A stretch of DNA of 64,000 bases from an uncultured Candidatus Rokubacteria bacterium (GTDB lineage Bacteria; Methylomirabilota; Methylomirabilia; Rokubacteriales; DASRDR01): assembly GCA_963805625.1 (NCBI GenBank), contig CAWDVE010000009.1, positions 8,031 to 72,030 of the forward strand, written 5' to 3'. The notes below the pieces were generated by a model that was not told the DNA's origin, did no database searches, and saw nothing but the letters and a program-made list of their open reading frames with translations. The stretch's first letter is position 1, and the number at the start of each line of letters is the position of its first letter. Positions 29,617 through 39,382 of this stretch are shown here, in pieces. A program made the translations under genes and the position numbers.

Positions 29617-30030
29617 TCAGGAGGCACCAAGGACCTTGGCCGTCCGATTCACGTCCCGGGCCTTGACCCACAGGATGGCCCCGAATCGGCCCGCCCCGCC
29701 GATGACCGCGTCGCTGGCGGTGATGTTGATGCGCGCGGCCGCCAGCCTTTCATAGAGGTCCGCCATGACCCCGGTGCGGTCGTCCCCTTCGATGAGGAAG
29801 CCCACCTTCGGGCCGGTGACCTTCCACTTGGCCTTCCGGGCGGCCGCTCGGAAGGCGGCCGGATCCTCGGGGACGAAGTCGAGTTGCGCGCGCTTGCCCG
29901 CGGGAAACCCGGAGAAGGCCAGGAGATTGATCCCCGCCTCCTTGAGCGTCTGGAGCGCTCGGGCCCCTTCCCCGGGCGTGTCGGGCGTCATCACGTAGAA
30001 GTACTGGATCCGCCGGATCCTCTCCGCCAT
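29617..30030 (-). CDS. ACT domain-containing protein
   Basis: DTPGEGARAL..LKEAGINL and DRTGVMADL..LAAARINI tandem ACT pattern. Confidence 0.82.
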   Translation of the reverse strand: MAERIRRIQYFYVMTPDTPGEGARALQTLKEAGINLLAFSGFPAGKRAQLDFVPEDPAAFRAAARKAKWKVTGPKVGFLIEGDDRTGVMADLYERLAAARINITASDAVIGGAGRFGAILWVKARDVNRTAKVLGAS

Positions 30031-30168
30031 TTCACACCCCCTCGTCGCCTGGGACAACGTCGTCATGCTCGCCGGGTTCGGCGCAATTGCGCCGCCACCC
30101 TACGCGACCCTCGGAGCCGCCGTCAAGGCGCGACGGCACGGACCCGCACCCATGCTACGCTCACGCGC

Positions 30169-30433
30169 GTGCACGTGCTCCTCCTCAGCAACTCCGGGCG
30201 CCCCTACCTCGCCCACGTCCGAGTTCGGGATCGAGGAAGGCGCGATGGTCAGGGTGGAGGACCAGGTTCCCGCGGTGCGCGGGACCGGCCGAGTCAAGCT
30301 GTTCCGTCGCGGTCAGGCCCCCGTCTGGGTGCCGGCGGCTACGCCCCTGCCGCTGCCCCTCCAGTACGAGCCCGGGGTCGGGCTGGCGAGGGCTCCCGGG
30401 GGCCAGGCTTCCGCCGGCTCCCAGGGACGTTGA
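30169..30433 (+). pseudogene. pepE: Internally deleted dipeptidase E remnant
   Basis: VHVLLLSNSGRPYLAHV (PepE-like N-terminus) is joined out of frame to GIEEGAMVRVE..GTGRVKLFRRG (PepE-like C-terminus); the catalytic core is absent. Confidence 0.65.
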
Positions 30434-30515
30434 ACGCGGGGTGGGTCACCCGCGTCCAACCCGGCAGCGATCGAAACCGACAGAGCGGGCGCGGCCCGCT
30501 CGGGGAGGCCAAGAT

Positions 30516-30962
30516 ATGACGAAGCTCCACACGAAGTGGCCGCTGGCGGGAGTCCTGAGCGGTCTTGTCATCCTGGTCAGCGGGGCGATGCCGAGCGAGG
30601 CCCACCTCGCCCGGCGGATGGCGCCGATCGAGCGCTCGGCGCTCCGGGAGCAGCTCGACTTGACGGACGACCAGGTCAAGTCGATCAAGGAGATCCGCGC
30701 CCGCCACTGGCAGTCGATGCGCGAGACGGTGCGGGCGCTCCGCGACGCGCGCCGCGCGCTCCGCGAGATGGTCCTGGCGGACGCCGACGACGCGACCTTC
30801 ACGGCCAAGGCCGGGGAGGTTCGGGAGCTCTCGGGCCAGGTTCTCGAGGCGCGAGCCCGCACGCTCCAGGAGGTGGCTCGCATCCTCACGCCGGAGCAGC
30901 GTGAGAAGCTGCGCGAGCTTCGGCCCCTGCGTCTCCACCGGCCGGCACCCCTCGCCGGTTGA
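30516..30962 (+). CDS. Spy/CpxP family periplasmic protein
   Basis: GGAGG RBS, signal peptide, LDLTDDQ and LTPEQR motifs. Confidence 0.85.
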   Translation: MTKLHTKWPLAGVLSGLVILVSGAMPSEAHLARRMAPIERSALREQLDLTDDQVKSIKEIRARHWQSMRETVRALRDARRALREMVLADADDATFTAKAGEVRELSGQVLEARARTLQEVARILTPEQREKLRELRPLRLHRPAPLAG

Positions 30963-30970
30963 ACGTCACC

Positions 30971-31006
30971 GGACATCCGGGGGAGGGTGTCCTCCCCCGG
31001 GTGTCC
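30971..31006. terminator. 16-bp hairpin between convergent genes
   Basis: GGACATCCGGGGGAGG-GTGT-CCTCCCCCGGGTGTCC. Confidence 0.65.
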
Positions 31007-31019
31007 TGATGCGCCCGAC

Positions 31020-34010
31020 TCAGACGCCCCGGCTCGCCGTGTACGGACAGATCTGGCTGTAGGCGCAGTACCGACAGGCCTGATACGACGGCGTCGCCGT
31101 GAAGCGTCGCGCCCGGATGCCCACCGCCGCCGCGCGCACGGCTGCCAGGGCCGTTTCGGCGTCCTCCTCCGTCGGCGCGTGGCGGCCGACCACGCCGGAC
31201 TCGAGGAACCGTAGCTCGACCCGCGCCGGGAGTCGGCCGAACATCTCCCGCCACGCCAGCGCGTAGATCTGGAGCTGCAGGCTCTCCGTCGCCCGCACTT
31301 CCGCGCGCGCGGGCTCCCGGACGTCGGAGGACTTGTAGTCCACGATCACGGGGCCGGCCTCCGTCTCGTCGACGCGGTCCCACCGGCCGCGAAGCCGGGT
31401 GAGTCCCCCGGCGTCAGGCAGGCTCACGCCGAATTCACGCTCGACCGAGGTGGGCCGCGTGCCCGAGGCTTCCTCCTCGTGCCAGAAGCGCTCGATGGCC
31501 GCCCGGCCCGCGTCCCGCCGCGCGACCTCGTGCCCCCAGGTGAGAAACCCCTCGTTCCGCCACTCGCGGTCGTATGTCTCGAGCAGGTCCTCGAGCGGCG
31601 TGTAGAGGCTGGCCGCCCGCCGGCGCAGGTAGTGCTCGACCACGCGGTGGAGCGTCTCTCCGTACACCACCGTGTGATGACGGCGGATCGGCACACGCAA
31701 GGCGTGCACGTAGCGGTACTTCAGCGGGCAGGTCTGATAGTCATCGACCTGCCGGTGGCTGAGCTCGAGGACGACGTCGGGGCCGAGAGGCGCCTCCGCC
31801 TCAGCCCAGGCCTCGGCCGGGGCCGCGAACGCCCGCAAGTCCTCCAGCGCCGTCCCCTTCACGGGCCGGGCGGCGTCGCGCGAGAGATTGAGGGCTTCGA
31901 GGACGAACTGGCTGACCTTCCGCGTGCTCCGGCCTCCGTAGTCGCGCGCCGACGTCAGATGGAGCGCCTCCTTCGCCCGCGTCATCGCGACGTAGAAGAG
32001 CCGCCGCTCCTCCTGGAGGCGGAAGTCAGGCGACGACGGCCGGTCCCGGAGGAGATCGTCGGGCAGCTCGAGGACATCCCCGCGGTTCGGCCAAGGAAAT
32101 CGGCCCTGGACCAGCCCCACCACGAACACCACCGGGAACTCGAGCCCCTTGGCCTTGTGAACCGTGAGGACGCGGACCGCGGGTACGTGGACGTCCGCCT
32201 CGGCCACGGCCGGATCCTCGCCGGCCTCGATCAGGGCGTCGAGGTGCTTCACGAACTCGCGCACGTGGTCCCGCGGGAGGACCTGGGTCGCGTCCTGGAT
32301 CCGGCGGAAGAAGCGCGCGACGTTCTGGACCTCGACCTCCTCGCGCGCCGTGCTCGCCCGCGACATGCGACCCAGCCAGCCGCTGTCCGCGAGGAACTGG
32401 TAGAGAAGCTCCCCGGTCCCGAGCTCCGCCCCGAGCCCGAGGTAACGCTCGAGCTCCTTCACCAGGCGAGCGATCGCCTCGGCACCTTCCGCGGACAGCG
32501 CCGCGCGGAGCTCGGGCGTCTCGTCGAGACCCCGCAGGACGTCGAAGAGCCAACGGTTCCGGCGGTCCGCGTGCGCCCCGCAGCGGGCGAGGTCCACGGC
32601 CGGCACCCCGAAGAGCCACGAGGCCGCGAGCGCGTAGAGGCTGACCGAGTCGTCCGGACGCGCGAGGACCCGGAGAAACGCGATGCAGAGCCGCACCTCC
32701 TGGCGCGCGTACAGCCCCTGGTTTCCCGAGAACGTCCACGGGACCCCGCGGAGGTTGAGCGACCGGAGGAACGGGTCGGCGTCGGCGTTGGCGCGGACGA
32801 GGATCGCGAAGTCCCGGTATGCCCGCCGCCCATCCTTCACTTCCTGCTCGATCGCCGCCGCCACCGCGTCGGCTTCCTGGGTGATGGTCTCGTAGACGGT
32901 GTGGACGGGCTCCGATCCCGGTCCGCCGACCGCGACGAGCCGCTTGTCGATTCCCCGCGCGGCCTCGAGGCGATCTGGGTCGTTGTGGCGGATCAGCCGG
33001 TGGGCCGCGTCCAGCAGGCTCTGCCCGGAGCGGTAGTTCTGGATCAGCACCACCCGTCGGGCATCGGGGTAGGCCGCGTCGAACCCGAGGATGTTGCTCA
33101 TGGAGGCGCCGCGGAAGCGGAAGATCGCCTGGTCGTCGTCCCCCACCACCGTCACGTTCCGGTGCCGGCCCGCGAGGAGCTTCACCAGCTCGAACTGCGC
33201 GTAGTTCGTGTCCTGGAACTCGTCGACCAGGACGTACCGGAATCGCCGCTGATAGTGGGCGAGGACGTACGGCCGCTCCCGGAACAGGCGAAGCGCCAGG
33301 AAGATCTGGTCGCCGAAGTCGACGAACCCCGCGCGCGCCATGAGGTCGCGGTACGTCGTGTAGGTGCGCGCCAGCTCGAGGCTGCGCGCGGCGAGATCGC
33401 GGCGCTCTGCGTCCTCCGGATGCGCCTCGGCGTCGGCCGAGAGCGCCGTCGCGTGGGCGAGGTAGGCCTCCGGCGCGACGTCCTCGTCCTTCGCGCGCCC
33501 GAACAGCCCAGTCAGCGCCTGGAGATGGCGCGTCGGATCGCCGAGCGGCCGGAAATGGTCGAGCGGCAGCTCGAACAGGCGCGTGCGGAGGAACAGGACC
33601 TGCTCGGCCCGGTTCAGGACTCGAAAGGCGGGTGTCAGGCCGAGCTCGAGGGCGTGCTCGCGCAAGAGCCAGTCCCCGAACGCGTGGAACGTCGCGATGC
33701 GCACGTCGGCATACCCGTACGGGACGAGCACGTCGACACGCTCCTCCATCTCGAGCGCGGCCTTGTCGGTGAACGTGAGAGCAAGGATCTCTTCCGGTCG
33801 CGCCCGGCGCGTGGCGATGAGATAGGCGATGCGGCGAGTGAGGACGGTGGTCTTGCCCGTCCCCGCCCCCGCAACGATCAGGAGCGGCCCCTGATCGTGC
33901 GCGACCGCTTCTACTTGAGCCGGGTTCAGCTCCTCGAGGATCCGCTGTGCCGCGGGATCCGGCCGCTCCGAGACGGCGGCGGAGGGGCGAGGCGAGTCAG
34001 GGCGGGACAC
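31020..34010 (-). CDS. UvrD/PcrA-family helicase fused to a PD-(D/E)xK nuclease (AdnA/B-like)
   Basis: AGAGTGKT, LTFT, VDEFQD, VGDDDQAIFRFRGA, NYRS, TVHKAKGLEF, EERRLFYVAMTRA; C-terminal GRWDRVD, VDYKS, QLQIY; Cys pattern CP...CxxC(x5)C. Confidence 0.92.
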   Translation of the reverse strand: MSRPDSPRPSAAVSERPDPAAQRILEELNPAQVEAVAHDQGPLLIVAGAGTGKTTVLTRRIAYLIATRRARPEEILALTFTDKAALEMEERVDVLVPYGYADVRIATFHAFGDWLLREHALELGLTPAFRVLNRAEQVLFLRTRLFELPLDHFRPLGDPTRHLQALTGLFGRAKDEDVAPEAYLAHATALSADAEAHPEDAERRDLAARSLELARTYTTYRDLMARAGFVDFGDQIFLALRLFRERPYVLAHYQRRFRYVLVDEFQDTNYAQFELVKLLAGRHRNVTVVGDDDQAIFRFRGASMSNILGFDAAYPDARRVVLIQNYRSGQSLLDAAHRLIRHNDPDRLEAARGIDKRLVAVGGPGSEPVHTVYETITQEADAVAAAIEQEVKDGRRAYRDFAILVRANADADPFLRSLNLRGVPWTFSGNQGLYARQEVRLCIAFLRVLARPDDSVSLYALAASWLFGVPAVDLARCGAHADRRNRWLFDVLRGLDETPELRAALSAEGAEAIARLVKELERYLGLGAELGTGELLYQFLADSGWLGRMSRASTAREEVEVQNVARFFRRIQDATQVLPRDHVREFVKHLDALIEAGEDPAVAEADVHVPAVRVLTVHKAKGLEFPVVFVVGLVQGRFPWPNRGDVLELPDDLLRDRPSSPDFRLQEERRLFYVAMTRAKEALHLTSARDYGGRSTRKVSQFVLEALNLSRDAARPVKGTALEDLRAFAAPAEAWAEAEAPLGPDVVLELSHRQVDDYQTCPLKYRYVHALRVPIRRHHTVVYGETLHRVVEHYLRRRAASLYTPLEDLLETYDREWRNEGFLTWGHEVARRDAGRAAIERFWHEEEASGTRPTSVEREFGVSLPDAGGLTRLRGRWDRVDETEAGPVIVDYKSSDVREPARAEVRATESLQLQIYALAWREMFGRLPARVELRFLESGVVGRHAPTEEDAETALAAVRAAAVGIRARRFTATPSYQACRYCAYSQICPYTASRGV

Positions 34011-34118
34011 GCCCGATCTTAGCCCCCGTCACCGCCGCGGACAAGCGAGGTCCGGTCCGGCCCCAGTCTCCTCGTCACCTGCTCTCGTTCGAATGACCTT
34101 CCTGCAGGCCGGATGCGA

Positions 34119-34161
34119 GCGGCCCGCCGGGCGGCGCGATTCGCCGCCTGCGGCGGGCCGC
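34119..34161 (-). terminator. GC-rich hairpin after the aminotransferase gene
   Basis: GCGGCCCGCCG-GGCGGCG...CGCCGCC-TG-CGGCGGGCCGC. Confidence 0.55.
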
Positions 34162-34186
34162 GGCGTGGTCGGTACCGGGCCCCGGC

Positions 34187-35107
34187 TCAGCGACCGTAGA
34201 CGGGCGTGAGCCAGTGGCGGTAGGCCGGCTTCTCGCCCCGGACCACCGCGAAGTAGCAGGCCTGGATCGCCCGTGTCATCGGGCCGGGCTGGACGCCGTC
34301 CCCGAGCGGCAGCCGGTCGATGGAGACCACGGGCGTGATCTCCCAGCCGCTCCCGCAGAGGAAGACTTCGTCCGCGAGATAGAGCTCGGTACGATCGACG
34401 TCACGCTCGAGCGCAGGCTGGCCGAGCTCGGTCCGGAACAGCTCGAGGAGGGTGGTCCGCGTCACCGACTCCAGGATGTCGGCGGTCACGGGCGGTGTGA
34501 TCGGCACGCCGCCGCGCATGAGGAAGCAGCAAGCCCCCGGCGCCTCGGCGAGCTTCCCGCGAGTGTTCAGGAGGAGCGCCCCGTCGTAGCCATTCGCCTT
34601 CGCCTCCAGGGTGGCGAGACGTCCGTTCTGGTAGTTCGCGGAGCACTTGATGCGCGGCGGCATCGAGCCGTCGGCGATGCGGGTCCACGACGACACGCCG
34701 ACGGCGATGCCAGGCTTCTGCGTCGCCTTCCGCGGCCGTGCGTCCACCGCGAGTGCGACAGGACCGGTGTCGTCCATGTCGCCGTCGCCGGCGAGGTAGG
34801 CGGTCTGCCGGATGTGCACGTCCTCGCGCGGCTGATTCTTCCGGAGGACCTCCAGGATCGACCGCTCGATCTCCTCGCGCGTCAGCGAGTGCTGCATCCG
34901 CATGAGGCGCATCGATCCCAGGAGGCGGTCGGTGTGCTCCTTCAGCCGGAAGACGTAGAGCTCCTCGTGGGCCGGGTTCCAGTAGGCCCGGAGCCCCTCG
35001 AAGACCGACCCCCCGTACTTCACCGCGGTCGACTGGACGTGGATCCGGGCGTCCGCGTAGGGGACCAGCTTGCCGTCGAGGTAGACATGCCGATTCGTCG
35101 TCGTCAC
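34187..35107 (-). CDS. ilvE: Branched-chain amino acid aminotransferase (class IV)
   Basis: YGGSVFEGLRAY, FRLKEH..RL, ILESVTR, YLADEVFLCGS; GGGAGG RBS before the GTG. Confidence 0.9.
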   Translation of the reverse strand: MTTTNRHVYLDGKLVPYADARIHVQSTAVKYGGSVFEGLRAYWNPAHEELYVFRLKEHTDRLLGSMRLMRMQHSLTREEIERSILEVLRKNQPREDVHIRQTAYLAGDGDMDDTGPVALAVDARPRKATQKPGIAVGVSSWTRIADGSMPPRIKCSANYQNGRLATLEAKANGYDGALLLNTRGKLAEAPGACCFLMRGGVPITPPVTADILESVTRTTLLELFRTELGQPALERDVDRTELYLADEVFLCGSGWEITPVVSIDRLPLGDGVQPGPMTRAIQACYFAVVRGEKPAYRHWLTPVYGR

Positions 35108-35144
35108 CAGAGTCCTCCCTTCTTCGCCCGCCCAGGGGTGGGCC

Positions 35145-36116
35145 TCACCGCCGGATGCGCGGATCTGGCTGGGCGAGCAGCTCCTCGAGCTCGCCGCGCC
35201 GGATGACCGCGATGTCACCCCACATCGTGCACTTCAACGCGGCGAGCGCCGTGCCGAGGTCCTGCGCTCGCTGCACGTCACGGGTCGTCAGCCACCCGTG
35301 CAGGAATCCCGCCGCGAACGCGTCGCCGGCGCCGACCCGGTCGGCCACGACATCCAGGCTGTAGAGGCGCGTCGGGCGGTGTGCCCGGTCCGTCAGGACC
35401 AGCGAGCCCTGATCGCCGAGCGTCAAGGCGATGATCGCGAGAGGCGCCAGCCCACGCAGCCCCGCCGCGACGGCCTCGGGCTCCCCCGCGAGCCCGAAGA
35501 CACGCCGCGCGTCCTCGATCCCGACGAACAGGAGCCCGACGCGCGAGAGCAGAGGCTGGAGATACGCCCGCGCCGCCTCGTAGCTCCAGAGAGCCGTGCG
35601 GTGGTTGACGTCGAGCGACAGGAGGGCCCCGCTCGCCTGGGCCGACTCGACCGCGCGCTCGAAGACGCGTCGGGGTCGGGGACCGAGCGCGGCCGTGATG
35701 CCCGTGACATGGACGACCCGGGTACGTGAGACCGCCGCCCAGTCCACCTCTGTCTCGTCCAGGGACGCGAACGCGGAATCCTTCCGGTCGTAGACCACCC
35801 GGATCGGGCGCGGCGCCACGCCGTACTCGATGAAGTACGTGCCGATCCGCCCGCCCTCGCGCCAGGCGATGTGCCCGACGTCAACGCCGTGGCCCCGGAG
35901 TTCCCGGGCCAGGCGCTCGCCCCAGACGTTCGCGGGCAGCGCCGAGATCCACGCCGTCGGGTGCCCGAGGCGCGCGAGGGCGCACAGGACGTTGGCCTCG
36001 GTCCCGCCGTAGGAGACGTCGAGCTCCGTCGCCTGCTCGAGCCGCGTGGGCGGCCGCGAGGCCAGGCGCAGCATGACCTCGCCGGGGGCGACCACGTCGA
36101 AGAGCGGCCCGGACAC
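35145..36116 (-). CDS. kdgK: PfkB sugar kinase, 2-keto-3-deoxygluconate kinase-like
   Basis: GEVMLRL, GGTEANV, VVYDRKDSA, DVNHR..LW, DRVGAGDAF. Confidence 0.88.
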   Translation of the reverse strand: MSGPLFDVVAPGEVMLRLASRPPTRLEQATELDVSYGGTEANVLCALARLGHPTAWISALPANVWGERLARELRGHGVDVGHIAWREGGRIGTYFIEYGVAPRPIRVVYDRKDSAFASLDETEVDWAAVSRTRVVHVTGITAALGPRPRRVFERAVESAQASGALLSLDVNHRTALWSYEAARAYLQPLLSRVGLLFVGIEDARRVFGLAGEPEAVAAGLRGLAPLAIIALTLGDQGSLVLTDRAHRPTRLYSLDVVADRVGAGDAFAAGFLHGWLTTRDVQRAQDLGTALAALKCTMWGDIAVIRRGELEELLAQPDPRIRR

Positions 36117-36217
36117 GGCGGTCAGTCCTCGTAGGCGGGAGCAAGAGCGCTCCGCCGGACAGTCCCGATCGGGCGGGCAATCGTCGGCCGGTGACGAGGC
36201 AACGGGCGGCTCGGCTC

Positions 36218-37225
36218 TCAGCCGCCGGCGGCCGGCGGCCGGCGCATGCGCCCCAGCACCTCGGGGTTGACGCAGTGGCGCGGTCGCTCGCCGCGCAGCA
36301 CCCGGACCGCCTCCTCGGCCGCGCGCCGCTTGAGGTCCGACCGCCCCTCCTCCGAGTACCAGGCGGCGTGCGGCGTCACGATCACCTGCTCCATCCGGAG
36401 CAGCGGGCTGGCGGGGTCGATCGGCTCCTGTTCGAGCACGTCCAGCCCCGCGCCCGCCAGAAACCCCTGCTGCAGGGCCACGACGAGCGCGGCGGTGTCG
36501 ACGATCCCACCACGCGCCGTGTTGATCAGCACGGCGGTCGGTTGCATCCGCGCCAGGGACTCGGCGTCGAAGGCGTGCCGGGTCTCGTTCGTCAGGGGGC
36601 AGTGGATGGTGACGTAGTCCGACTCGGCGAGGACGCGCTCGAAGGCCACCGGCTGCACACCCGGCGGGAAGGTCTCGATGTACGGGTCGCAACCGAGCAG
36701 CCGCACGTCGAAGCCGCCGAGCTTCCGTGCGACGGCCGACCCGATACGGCCACACCCCACGATGCCCACGGTCTGGCCCGCGAGACGCGTCACCGGACCG
36801 ACGCGAAACACGTCCCACCCGCCGCTCCGGGTCTGGCGGTCGAGTCGGGCAATCTTGCGGGCCAGGGCCAGGAGTAGCGCCACCGCGTGGTTCGCGACCT
36901 CGTCGGTCCCGTAGTCCGGGACGTTCACGACCGGCACGCCGTGGTCCGTGGCCGCCGCCAAATCGATGCCGTCCACGCCGACGCCGTAGCGGACCAGCAC
37001 CCGGACGCGCGGGAGTCCCTCCAGCACGCGGCGCGTGATGGCTCCGTACTGGATCAGCAGGCCATCGGCCTCGCCGCACCGCTCGAGGTACTCGGCCTCG
37101 GTGCGCGCGATCACGGTCTGGAGCCGCACGCCCGCTTTCGCGAGGACGTCCTGCTCCTCCGTCAGGTTCACGTGGTCGAGGCCGCAGACGACGACGAGCG
37201 GCGCGTCCGGCGCGGTGGCGGTCAT
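36218..37225 (-). CDS. D-isomer-specific 2-hydroxyacid dehydrogenase (CtBP-like)
   Basis: RYGVGVD, NVPDYGTDEVA, GCGRIG, INTARG, TPHAAWYS. Confidence 0.92.
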   Translation of the reverse strand: MTATAPDAPLVVVCGLDHVNLTEEQDVLAKAGVRLQTVIARTEAEYLERCGEADGLLIQYGAITRRVLEGLPRVRVLVRYGVGVDGIDLAAATDHGVPVVNVPDYGTDEVANHAVALLLALARKIARLDRQTRSGGWDVFRVGPVTRLAGQTVGIVGCGRIGSAVARKLGGFDVRLLGCDPYIETFPPGVQPVAFERVLAESDYVTIHCPLTNETRHAFDAESLARMQPTAVLINTARGGIVDTAALVVALQQGFLAGAGLDVLEQEPIDPASPLLRMEQVIVTPHAAWYSEEGRSDLKRRAAEEAVRVLRGERPRHCVNPEVLGRMRRPPAAGG

Positions 37226-37276
37226 CCGGGGGAGAGCCTCAAGCCGTGGACGGGGTGAGGAGCAACCGGGACGGCG

Positions 37277-37360
37277 CTACCCGCGCTTCATCGGACGCCC
37301 GCAGCACACCTTCTGCACGGGAGCCGTCTTCAGGCACTTCGCACAGTAGAATCCCGGCAT
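37277..37360 (-). CDS. 27-aa Cys-rich, desulforedoxin-like metal-binding peptide
   Basis: MPGFYCAKCLKTAPVQKVCCGRPMKRG; GAGGAG RBS overlaps the thiolase stop; below the ORF-track size cutoff. Confidence 0.7.
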   Translation of the reverse strand: MPGFYCAKCLKTAPVQKVCCGRPMKRG

Positions 37361-37369
37361 CACTGCTCC

Positions 37370-38515
37370 TCAGAGACGCTCGATGAGCGTCGCAATTCCC
37401 TGCCCGAATCCGATGCACATCGTCGCCAGCCCGAACCGCCCGCCGGATCGCTCGAGCTCGTGGAGGAGCGTGACGAGCAGCCGCGCGCCGGAGCAGCCCA
37501 GCGGGTGGCCGAGCGCGATGGCTCCTCCGTTGACGTTTACCCGGCTCATGTCCGGGTGCAGCTCCCGCTCCCACGCGAGCACGACCGACGCGAAGGCCTC
37601 GTTCACCTCGAAGCGGTCGACCTCACCGAGGCCGAGGCCGGCCTTGGCGAGGACGCGCTGGGTAGCCGGGATCGGGCCCGTCAGCATGATCGTCGGGTCG
37701 ACGCCCGCGAGCGCCGTCGCCACGAAGCGGGCCCGAGGACGGAGCCCGAGCGCGCGGACCTTCTCGTCCGACATGACGAGCAGCGCCGCCGCGCCGTCGG
37801 AGATCTGACTCGAGTTAGCCGCCGTCACCGCCCCGTCGGGTTTGAACGAGGGCGCCAGCGCGGCGATCCGGGCTCGATCCACGGGGACCCGGACGCCTTC
37901 GTCGACGGCCACCGTCGACCCATCCGGCAGCGACACGGGCGCGATCTCGCGATGGAACCGCCCCTCCGCGATGGCTCGTCCCGCTCTCTCGTGGCTCTGC
38001 GCCGCGAACTCGTCGAGGTCCGCTCGCGCGAGTCCCCACTTCTCCACGAGAAGCTCCGCCGAGATGCCCTGCGGCACGATCTCGTACCGCTCGGCGAGCC
38101 GCGGGCTGATCGGCCCCTCGCCGGGTCCATTCGCGTTCGACCCCATGGGCACGCGCGTCATGCTCTCGACGCCCCCCACGATCAGGCAGTCGTGCTGCCC
38201 GGCGGCGATCATGCCGAACCCGAAGTTCGCCGCCTGTTGGCCGGATCCGCACATCCGATCGAGCGTCACACCGCACACGTCGAGAGGGAAGCCGGCGATG
38301 AGCGCCGCATTCCGGGCGATGTTGAACGCCTGCTCGCCGACCTGGTCGACACAACCGAGGATCACGTCCTCGACGACGGCGGGATCGAGGCCGGCGCGGT
38401 CGACGACCGCCCGGAGGACGTGGGCCGCGAGATCGTCGGGGCGGACGCCGGCGAGCTTCCCGTTGCGCCGGCCGACGGGCGAGCGAACGGCTTCGACGAT
38501 CACGGCCTGGGACAT
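37370..38515 (-). CDS. Thiolase (acetyl-CoA C-acyltransferase)
   Basis: DRMCGSG, GGVESM, NEAFA, GGAIALGHPLG, MCIGFGQG. Confidence 0.95.
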   Translation of the reverse strand: MSQAVIVEAVRSPVGRRNGKLAGVRPDDLAAHVLRAVVDRAGLDPAVVEDVILGCVDQVGEQAFNIARNAALIAGFPLDVCGVTLDRMCGSGQQAANFGFGMIAAGQHDCLIVGGVESMTRVPMGSNANGPGEGPISPRLAERYEIVPQGISAELLVEKWGLARADLDEFAAQSHERAGRAIAEGRFHREIAPVSLPDGSTVAVDEGVRVPVDRARIAALAPSFKPDGAVTAANSSQISDGAAALLVMSDEKVRALGLRPRARFVATALAGVDPTIMLTGPIPATQRVLAKAGLGLGEVDRFEVNEAFASVVLAWERELHPDMSRVNVNGGAIALGHPLGCSGARLLVTLLHELERSGGRFGLATMCIGFGQGIATLIERL

Positions 38516-38618
38516 GGGCGCCTCCTCGACGCGCGGACGCCTCCGCGCAGAGTCATCATACCGGCGCCCCTGCGGGGCCGCAACGGCCGCGCGTCACACT
38601 GGCGGGCGGATGGGCATG

Positions 38619-39305
38619 TCAGGTCCCGTCGCTGGCCGCGAGAGCGTCCCCCACGCGATGGAGAACCTCGGCGGCCTGAAACGGCTTGGCGACGACGAAC
38701 CGCACGCCGTGACGCGCGAGCTGGGCCGGATCGAGGTGATCGCCCCAGCCCGTGATGAGTCCGACGGGGAGGTCTGGGAACCGGGCATGGCACGCTTCGG
38801 CCACCTCCCAGCCAGACATGCCCGGCATCGACACGTCGCTCAGGACGACGTCCACCGGCTCCGTCTCGCACAGCGTGAGCCCCGAGGGACCGTCCGGCGC
38901 GTCGACGACCGTGTAGCCCTCACCCCCCAGGAGCTCCCGGAGCACCGCGCGCACACCCGCCTCGTCGTCGACCACGAGAACGCGCGCCGGCCGCGCCGAT
39001 CGGGCGGGAGCAGAGCCGGCCGGCGGCTCCGGCACTGACCGGGCTCCTGGCAGCCGCACCGTGAACCTGCTCCCTTCCCCGGGCTGGCTAGCTACTTCCA
39101 CCGTCCCACCGTGCCGTGTCACGATGCCCCAGACGACAGCGAGTCCGAGGCCGCTGCCCAGGCCCGCTCCCGCCAGGCGCGCCGCCTCGGCCATCGCGGC
39201 GGCCTCACGCTGACGCCGAGCGACCTCCTGCTCGAGCTCCCTGACCCTGGCGCGGAGGGCAGCGAGCTGGTCGCGGCTGGACGTGCCCGACGGCTTTGGC
39301 GGCAT
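38619..39305 (-). pseudogene. Hybrid histidine kinase with an in-frame internal deletion (coiled coil + HATPase tail + REC)
   Basis: The coiled coil is joined directly to GSGLGLAVVWGIVTRHGG..GEGSRFTVRLP; REC VDDE..SDVSMP..AKPF is intact; no H-box or N-box. Confidence 0.65.
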
Positions 39306-39382
39306 GGCTCCTGTCGCGCGGCTCCGTTGTGGCACGGGGCACTGCTTGACCCCGACCACGCCGCGAGCTAGCGTACCGCGTC

